64,000 nt of DNA from Actinomycetota bacterium (GTDB taxonomy: Bacteria; Actinomycetota; Acidimicrobiia; IMCC26256; JACDBD01). Under the pieces are notes generated by a model that saw only the letters and a list, made by a program, of their open reading frames with translations, ran no database searches and was not told the DNA's origin. Positions 56,715-64,000 of this stretch are shown in pieces. The stretch lies in the NCBI GenBank assembly GCA_052390575.1, contig JBQTGU010000002.1, positions 108 through 64,107 of the forward strand. The letters are read 5' to 3'. Within the stretch, counting starts at the first letter, position 1. The number at the start of each line of letters is the position of its first letter. The position numbers and the translations under genes were made by a program.

Positions 56715-56990
56715 ATGCCTGAGCCCGTCCGCCGGCGCGTCCTGGTCTCGGGGTGGGTCCAGGGGGTGTGGTTCCGGGAGTCGTGCCGGGAGCAGGCGGT
56801 CGCCGCCGGCGTCAGCGGCTGGGTCCGCAACCTCGCCGACGGCCGGGTGGAGGTGGTCCTCGAGGGGGCCGAGCCCGCGGTGGACCGGGTGGTGCGCTGG
56901 TGCCACGAGGGCCCCCGCCGGGCCCGGGTCGACGGAGTCGAGGTGGTCTCCGAGGCGACCGTCGGAGAGTCCGGATTCAGGGTGCGCTGA
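56715..56990 (+). CDS. acyP: acylphosphatase
   Basis: 91 aa: VSGWVQGVWFRESCREQA...GWVRNLADGRVEVVLEG. Confidence 0.8.
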   Translation: MPEPVRRRVLVSGWVQGVWFRESCREQAVAAGVSGWVRNLADGRVEVVLEGAEPAVDRVVRWCHEGPRRARVDGVEVVSEATVGESGFRVR

Positions 56991-56994
56991 AGCT

Positions 56995-57032
56995 CGACTG
57001 GCGCTCGATACGATCCGGGAACGAGCCAGTCG
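56995..57032 (+). other. hairpin between acyP and smc
   Basis: CGACTGGC(GC)TCG pairs with CGAGCCAGTCG (8+3 bp, 2-nt bulge, 14-nt loop). The 3' arm abuts the GGAGGGG SD of smc. Confidence 0.3.
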
Positions 57033-57046
57033 GAGGGGTCATCTAG

Positions 57047-60000
57047 GTGTTCCTGAAGTCGCTGACGCTGAAGGGCTTCAAGTCGTTCGCCGACAAGACG
57101 ACCCTCCAGTTCGAGCCCGGCGTCACCGTCGTCGTCGGCCCCAACGGCACCGGCAAGTCCAACCTGGTGGACGCGGTCGCGTGGGTGCTCGGCGCCCAGG
57201 GCCCCCGCACCCTGCGCGGCGGCAAGATGGACGACGTCATCTTCGCCGGCGCACCCGGCCGGCCCGCGCTGGGACGCGCCGAGGTGTCGCTCACGATCGA
57301 CAACGACGCCGGGCTGCTCCCCATCGACTTCTCCGAAGTCACGATCACCCGCACGATCTTCCGCAACACCGGTGAGTCCGAGTACGCGCTGAACGGCGCG
57401 CCGTGCCGCCTGCTCGACATCCAGGAGCTGCTCTCCGACACCGGCATCGGGCGCCAGCAACACGTCATCGTCGGGCAGGGCCAGATCGACACCGTGCTCA
57501 CCGCCCGGCCCGAGGAGCGGCGGGCGATCATCGAGGAGGCCGCCGCGATCCTGAAGTTCCGCCGGCGCCGGGAACGGGCCGAGCGGCGCCTCGAGGCCAC
57601 CGAGGGCAACCTGTTGCGGCTCAACGACCTCGTGCGGGAGGTGAGCCGCCAGCTCACCCCGCTCCAGAAGCAGGCCGACGCCGCCCGCCGCCACGGCGGG
57701 CTCGTCGACGAGCTCCGCGCCATCCGCCTGTACCTCGCCGGCCACGAGATCGGCGGGCTCCAGGCCCGGCTCGAGCGCGTGCGCGATCAGCGTGCCGAGC
57801 TCGAGATCACCGAGAACGGTGTCCGCCTGCGGCTGCGCGAGCTCGACACCGCCGTGCTCGACGTCGAGCACTCGCTGACTGCGCTGGGCCACGACGACCT
57901 GGCCGACTGGCTCGTGCGGGTCGAGTCGCTCCGCGAGCGCGCCCGCGGTGTGCTCGCGCTGGTCGAGGAGAAGCACCGCGGGGTCGACCGCGAGCTCACC
58001 GCCGCCGCCGACCAGGGCGTCGTCGAGACGCTGGTCGCCGACGCGGTCGCGATGCGCCGCGAGCTGGAGGAGGTCGACGCCGAGGCGGCCGGGCTCGGTC
58101 CCCGCCTCGCCGAGGTCGAGGAGGCGGAGCGCCAGGTCGCGGGCGAGCGCGGCGGCGGCGTGCCCGACGACATGGGCGAGGCGCGCAGCGCCGCCGAGGA
58201 CCGCATGTGGGCTGCCGACGAGCGCTGGCGTCAGTCCGAAGCCGAGGCGGCGCGCTGGCGGGCCCGCGCCGACGCGTTGGCGCTCTCGCTCGGTTCGGTG
58301 CGAGCGGAGTCGGGCGCGCAGCACCTCGACGGCCTCGACGGCATCGCCGGGCTCGTGGCCGACCATCTCGAGATCGAAACCGGCACCGAAGCTGCGGTCG
58401 CGGCCGCGCTCGGAGACGCCATGCGGGCGGTGGTGGTCGAGGGTGGCGACGCGGCGCGCGACGCGGTGGAGCTGCTCGCCGGCGCCACCCCGACTGCTGG
58501 CGCCGGCGCGCTCCTGCTCGTGATCGACGCCTCCCTGTCTCGCTCGCTCGCTGCGGGCCGGGCCATCCCCGACAGGGCTGGCCGGCCCGCGGGCACTCGC
58601 TCGCTGGGAGAGTGCGTGCGCGCCGGCCTTCCCGGTCTCCAGGCCGCGCTCGACCGGTTGCTCGCCCACACCGTGCTGGTCGAGTCGGGCTGGCAGGCCG
58701 CGCTCGACGTCGCCCTCGAGCATCCCGGGCTGGTCGCGGTGACACCCGAGGGAGACCGGCTCGGTGGGGCCACGCCCTGGCGCCTCGGGGGCGGTGAGGC
58801 CGGCACCGCGACGCAGGCCGCGCTCGAGGAGGCGGAGCAGGCGTCGGCCGAGGCCGAGGTCACTCGGGCCGAAGCCGAAGCCGAGGTCGCCGAAGCCGCG
58901 GCCGCACTCGCGGCGGTTCGGGCGAGCCAGCTCGACGTGGACGAGACCCGTCTCGCCGAACGCCGCGATCTCGACGAGCGCGCCGCCGCCGCGGCGACGC
59001 TGCGGCGCGACCTCGAGGTGCGGGCGGCCACGCTCGAGGAACGGCGCACGCTCCTGGCGCGCCGGTTGGAAGGGGTGGAGGGCCGCCTCGCCGACCGCGA
59101 TCCCGAGGCCCACGCCAGCGCCGAACGTCAGCGGTCGGGCCTGCTCGGCCGCGCCGGTGACTACGAGGGCATCGTGCACCGGCTCCGCGACCATCTCGCC
59201 GCCACCGACGCCCTCCACGACCGGCTCCGGGCGCGCCGGCGTCGTCAGTCGGAGGCCGCTCGCACGTCGGGGGAGCGCCTGGACGCGCTCCGAACCGAGC
59301 GGGCGGGCTTGGAGGAGGAGCTGGCCGGGGCGCGCGAGAAGGCGAGCCGGGCCGAGATCCAGGACGCCGAGACCCGCATGCGCCTCGAAGCCGCGGTCGA
59401 CAAGCTGCGCGCCGACTTCGACTGCGAGCCCGCCGCCGCCCTCGACGCGGCCCAGCCCGAGGTGCCCGAGGGCACGACCCTCGCCGGCCGGGCCCGTGAG
59501 CTCGAGCGGGAGCTGCGCATCATGGGCCCGATCAACCCGCTCGCGCTCCAGGAGTTCGACGCGCTGGAGGAGCGTCACAGCTTCCTCCAGCAGCAGCTCG
59601 ACGACGTCAAGGCGAGCCGGCGCGATCTGGCTCGGGTGATCCGGGCGGTCGACCGCGAGATCGTCACCGTGTTCGAAGCGGCATTCGATGACGTGAGCGA
59701 GCGGTTCGGTGAGTTGTTCCAGACCCTGTTCCCGGGCGGCAGCGGCCGGCTCACGCTGACCGACCCCGACGACCTGCTCAACACCGGCATCGAGATCGAG
59801 GCCCGCCCCTCGGGTAAGCACGTGCGGCGGCTCTCGCTGCTCTCCGGCGGCGAGCGCTCCCTGACCGCGCTGGCCTACCTCTTTGCGGTGTTCCGGGCCC
59901 GCCCGTCACCCTTCTACCTGCTCGACGAGGTCGAAGCCGCGCTCGACGACGTCAACCTGCACCGCTTCCTCGACCTCGTCCACGAGTTCCGCGAGGAGGC

Positions 60001-60133
60001 CCAGCTCGTCGTGGTGACCCACCAGAAGCGGACGATGGAGGCGGCCGACGTGCTCTACGGGGTGTCGATGCCACCCGGAGGCTCGAGCAAGGTCGTCAGC
60101 GAGCGGATCTCCGACGAGCTCGTCTCGAGCTAA
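57047..60133 (+). CDS. smc: chromosome segregation protein SMC
   Basis: 1028 aa with FLKSLTLKGFKSFADKT...GPNGTGKSNLVDA Walker A, long coiled coils, hinge, LSGGE signature and Walker B FYLLDEVEAALD. Confidence 0.9.
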   Translation: MFLKSLTLKGFKSFADKTTLQFEPGVTVVVGPNGTGKSNLVDAVAWVLGAQGPRTLRGGKMDDVIFAGAPGRPALGRAEVSLTIDNDAGLLPIDFSEVTITRTIFRNTGESEYALNGAPCRLLDIQELLSDTGIGRQQHVIVGQGQIDTVLTARPEERRAIIEEAAAILKFRRRRERAERRLEATEGNLLRLNDLVREVSRQLTPLQKQADAARRHGGLVDELRAIRLYLAGHEIGGLQARLERVRDQRAELEITENGVRLRLRELDTAVLDVEHSLTALGHDDLADWLVRVESLRERARGVLALVEEKHRGVDRELTAAADQGVVETLVADAVAMRRELEEVDAEAAGLGPRLAEVEEAERQVAGERGGGVPDDMGEARSAAEDRMWAADERWRQSEAEAARWRARADALALSLGSVRAESGAQHLDGLDGIAGLVADHLEIETGTEAAVAAALGDAMRAVVVEGGDAARDAVELLAGATPTAGAGALLLVIDASLSRSLAAGRAIPDRAGRPAGTRSLGECVRAGLPGLQAALDRLLAHTVLVESGWQAALDVALEHPGLVAVTPEGDRLGGATPWRLGGGEAGTATQAALEEAEQASAEAEVTRAEAEAEVAEAAAALAAVRASQLDVDETRLAERRDLDERAAAAATLRRDLEVRAATLEERRTLLARRLEGVEGRLADRDPEAHASAERQRSGLLGRAGDYEGIVHRLRDHLAATDALHDRLRARRRRQSEAARTSGERLDALRTERAGLEEELAGAREKASRAEIQDAETRMRLEAAVDKLRADFDCEPAAALDAAQPEVPEGTTLAGRARELERELRIMGPINPLALQEFDALEERHSFLQQQLDDVKASRRDLARVIRAVDREIVTVFEAAFDDVSERFGELFQTLFPGGSGRLTLTDPDDLLNTGIEIEARPSGKHVRRLSLLSGGERSLTALAYLFAVFRARPSPFYLLDEVEAALDDVNLHRFLDLVHEFREEAQLVVVTHQKRTMEAADVLYGVSMPPGGSSKVVSERISDELVSS

Positions 60134-60186
60134 CCGCCGCCGAGCTAACCGCCGCCGAGCTAAGCGAAGACGAGCTCACCGCCGCC
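60127..60186 (+). repeat. 15-bp tandem repeat x4 spanning the smc stop
   Basis: The four units read GAGCTAACCGCCGCC, GAGCTAACCGCCGCC, GAGCTAAGCGAAGAC, GAGCTCACCGCCGCC. Units 1-3 each carry an in-frame TAA. Confidence 0.9.
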
Positions 60187-60187
60187 G

Positions 60188-61153
60188 GTGCCCTTCCAGC
60201 CGATAGACCCCCAGGTCGAGGCGTGTGGCCCGACCGGCGACCAGTCGCTGTTGTGCACGACGGTCTACCGCCTGACCGACGACCGCGACTGGGCCGAGTT
60301 CGCCGACCATTTCACCGCGCCGCTCCGCATCCTCGTCATCCTGCTCGTTGCCTACGTCGTCGTGCGGCTCGGCCACCAGGTCATCAAGCGGGTCGTGCGG
60401 CGGCTCGAGACCGGCGACACCGAATCGAAGATCGACGCGCTCCGGCGCCGCACCGGGCTGGCGTTGCTCGACAGCTCCGACGAGATGCCGACCGCCCGCC
60501 GCATCCAGCGGGCTCAGACCATCGGGGTGGTGCTGCGCAGCGTCGTGAGCTTCGTCGTCTGGACGATCGCGCTCCTGACGGCACTGGCCGAGCTCGGCAT
60601 CGAGATCGCCCCGGTGATTGCCGGGGCCGGCGTGGTCGGCATCGCCCTTGCCTTCGGCGCTCAGACCATCGTGCGCGACTTCCTCACCGGGTTGTTCATG
60701 CTGCTCGAGGACCAGTACGGCGTCGGTGACGTCATCGACACCGGGGTCGCGATCGGCACCGTCGAAGGCGTGAGCCTGCGCACGACCCGTCTGCGCGACT
60801 TCGACGGGGTCGTGTGGCACGTCCCGAACGGCGAGATCAAACGGGTCGGGAACCAGTCGCAGCAGTGGTCGCGCGCCCTGATCGACATCCCGGTCGCCTA
60901 CGACACCGACGTGCCGACCGCGACCAATGTCATCAAGCGGGTCGCCGACGAGCTCTGGCACGACCCCGACTACGAAGGCCTCATCCTGGCCGAGCCCGAA
61001 GTCTGGGGGGTCGAGGAGCTCGCGGGTGACCGGCTGGTCCTGCGCCTCATGGCCAAGACCCTGCCCCGCGAACAATGGAAGGTCTCGCGGGAGCTGCGAG
61101 CGCGCATCAAGGCCGCCTTCGACGAGGCCGGCATCGAAGTACCGAAGGCGTAA
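60188..61153 (+). CDS. mechanosensitive ion channel (MscS) family protein
   Basis: 321 aa with TM helices, then LLEDQYGVGDVID.G...GTVE.VSLR.T.LRD.DG....VPNGEI, typical of the MscS beta domain. GTG start without a clear SD. Confidence 0.75.
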   Translation: MPFQPIDPQVEACGPTGDQSLLCTTVYRLTDDRDWAEFADHFTAPLRILVILLVAYVVVRLGHQVIKRVVRRLETGDTESKIDALRRRTGLALLDSSDEMPTARRIQRAQTIGVVLRSVVSFVVWTIALLTALAELGIEIAPVIAGAGVVGIALAFGAQTIVRDFLTGLFMLLEDQYGVGDVIDTGVAIGTVEGVSLRTTRLRDFDGVVWHVPNGEIKRVGNQSQQWSRALIDIPVAYDTDVPTATNVIKRVADELWHDPDYEGLILAEPEVWGVEELAGDRLVLRLMAKTLPREQWKVSRELRARIKAAFDEAGIEVPKA

Positions 61154-61158
61154 CGCTC

Positions 61159-62214
61159 GTGTCGAACGTGCTCGTTCTCGTCGGGATCTTCGTCCTCGCC
61201 GCCTTCCTCATCGTGCTCGGGCTGGGGCTGTCGCGCCGCGCCCAGCGCCAGGGTCCGGCCGAGGATCGTCCGGACGTCACTGCCACCGCCCCGACGCCAC
61301 CGGCCACGCGACCACTTCCGCGTCTGCGTGACCGGTTGGCCAAGACCCGGGCGACGCTGGCCGGACCACTGCAGGCCCTGCGCGTCCGCGGCCGCGTCGA
61401 CGGCGAGACATGGGACGACCTCGAGGAGGCGCTCCTCCTCGCCGACGTCGGCGTCGCGACCACCGGTCGCCTGCTCGACGAGCTGCGCGCCAACGCTTCG
61501 CAGCTGCGGGCGTCCGAGCCCGCCGAGGTGATCGAGCTGCTCAAAGCCCAGCTGGTCGCGGAGCTGAACGGTGACACCGACCGGTCGTTGACGTTTGTCG
61601 ACGGCGGTCCGACCGTGTGGATGTTCGTCGGCGTGAACGGCGTCGGCAAGACGACCGCGATCGCCAAGGTCGCCCAAAGAGAAGCTGGCGAGGGACACAA
61701 GGTGGTCCTGGCCGCCGCCGACACGTTCCGCGCCGCCGCCGCCGAGCAGCTCGCGCATTGGGGGGACCGCGTCGGCGCCCCGGTGGTGCGAGGCCAGGAG
61801 GGCGCCGATCCGGGGTCGGTCGTATTCGATGCCATCAGCGCGGCCCAGGCCCGGGGCGCGGACCTCGTGCTCGTCGACACCGCCGGGCGGGTGCACACCA
61901 AGGTCAATCTCATGAAGGAGCTCGAGAAGCTGGAGCGCGTCGCCGAGCGGGGGCCGGGCGCGCTCACCGAGGTGCTCCTCGTCATCGACGCCACCACCGG
62001 CCAGAACGGGCTGGCCCAGGCGCGCCAGTTCGCCGACGCCGTCGACGTCACCGGCGTGGTTCTCACCAAGCTCGACGGCAGCGCCAAGGGCGGGATCGTG
62101 CTCGCGATCGAGGCGGAGCTGGGCATCCCGGTGAAGGTCGTGGGCGTGGGCGAGTCGGCCGACGACGTCGTGCCCTTCGACCCGGTGGAGTTCGTCGACG
62201 CGCTCTTCGCCTGA
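61159..62214 (+). CDS. ftsY: signal recognition particle receptor FtsY
   Basis: 351 aa from GTG 61159 with N-terminal TM, NG domain GVNGVGKTTAIAK, DTAGR and TKLDGSAKGG. Confidence 0.9.
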   Translation: MSNVLVLVGIFVLAAFLIVLGLGLSRRAQRQGPAEDRPDVTATAPTPPATRPLPRLRDRLAKTRATLAGPLQALRVRGRVDGETWDDLEEALLLADVGVATTGRLLDELRANASQLRASEPAEVIELLKAQLVAELNGDTDRSLTFVDGGPTVWMFVGVNGVGKTTAIAKVAQREAGEGHKVVLAAADTFRAAAAEQLAHWGDRVGAPVVRGQEGADPGSVVFDAISAAQARGADLVLVDTAGRVHTKVNLMKELEKLERVAERGPGALTEVLLVIDATTGQNGLAQARQFADAVDVTGVVLTKLDGSAKGGIVLAIEAELGIPVKVVGVGESADDVVPFDPVEFVDALFA

Positions 62215-62220
62215 CTTCGT

Positions 62221-62290
62221 GGTCGCGCCCGCTCGGGCGCCGGGATACCCGGCGCCCGCCCTTCGGGCCGCTCGCCGCTCCCGCACAATT
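62221..62290 (-). repeat. intergenic hairpin element, copy E
   Basis: CGGGCGCCGGG (62234-62244) ATA CCCGGCGCCCG (62248-62258). The reverse complement has 5' flank ATTGTGCGGGAGCGGCGAGCGGCCCGAAGGGC and 3' flank GAGCGGGCGCGACC, matching copy D. Confidence 0.8.
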
Positions 62291-62333
62291 CACGGCTCAA
62301 GTCTCCGATGGCACCTCTGAGTAGCGTGGTGAC

Positions 62334-63647
<1,314 letters not shown>

Positions 63648-63691
63648 TCACCTAGTCTGGGGCGCTTCGCACCGAGAGAGGAACACACCAC

Positions 63692-64000
63692 GTGGCCGTG
63701 AAGATCCGCCTGATGCGGGTGGGGAAGAGGAAGCAGCCGACGTACCGCGTCGTCGTCGCCGACGGCCGGTCGCCGCGCGACGGGCGAATCATCGAGAGCA
63801 TCGGCAAGTACGGGCCGCGCCACGAGCCGTCGCTCGTCGACATCGACGGCGACAAAGCGCTCGACTGGTTGCGCAAGGGCGCCCAGCCCACCGAGACGGT
63901 GCAGAAGCTGCTGGCGGCCGCGGGTGTCTGGGAGCAGTACGAGCAGGAGAAGGGCGGGCCGATCAAGACCAAGCTTGCCCGCCGGGGGGTCACGCCGGGC
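63692..64000 (+). CDS. rpsP: 30S ribosomal protein S16 (3' end outside window)
   Basis: GTG 63692 after GAGAGAGGAA. Translation (M)[34 protein letters not shown]. Frame open to the window end. Confidence 0.85.
   Translation, partial: MAVKIRLMRVGKRKQPTYRVVVADGRSPRDGRIIESIGKYGPRHEPSLVDIDGDKALDWLRKGAQPTETVQKLLAAAGVWEQYEQEKGGPIKTKLARRGVTPG

Noticed and set aside
57047-61153. SMC-MscS fusion or programmed read-through, since the two genes are in the same frame.
   Set aside because: Three consecutive in-frame TAA stops separate them, and a fusion of a cytoplasmic SMC to a membrane channel has no precedent I know of. I report the repeat as the observation instead.

Overview
Very GC-rich, tightly packed bacterial chromosome segment. 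About 63 protein-coding genes are supportable, and I saw no rRNA, tRNA, CRISPR array, transposase or integrase. The content and gene order look like core Actinomycetota-type housekeeping; this is inference from F420-type LLM oxidoreductases, a PAC2 protein, a UvrD-HRDC helicase and the block rpmB / yloV-recG ... rsmD-coaD ... yceD-rpmF-plsX-acpP-rnc-mutM-acyP-smc ... ftsY-ffh-rpsP.

Other recognisable units:
- purK-coaA
- an orphan gltB
- a galK-GH2-GH36-2H phosphoesterase operon
- two tandem class A PBP paralogs
- a tyrosine catabolism locus: HO-like iron enzyme-hppD, diverging from lrp-hmgA-FAH
- pckG
- an ABM/acyl-CoA synthetase/membrane/ddl operon

Many gene starts are GTG or TTG and were placed by homology and SD spacing, so start coordinates are less certain than stops. 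Long Arg/Ala/Gly/Pro-rich ORFs antisense or out of frame to these genes are treated as GC artefacts.

I did not recognise a convincing novel multi-gene system such as a defence island. The most unusual signal is non-coding: a family of at least six intergenic elements, each a GC-rich hairpin flanked by conserved GAGCG/GCGAG-type sequence. They lie at 25784-25850, 28250-28316, 35687-35772, 36712-36750, 36754-36795 and 62221-62290. One pair has near-identical flanks but different stems.

Secondary oddities:
- a 15-bp tandem repeat that creates three in-frame TAA stops at the end of smc
- a structured 195-nt intergenic region ending in a rare T-tract
- a structured 261-nt divergent intergenic region
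- pervasive 4-nt start/stop overlaps, and convergent genes that share a CTAG stop tetranucleotide
- two genes whose homology extends upstream of the first canonical start codon
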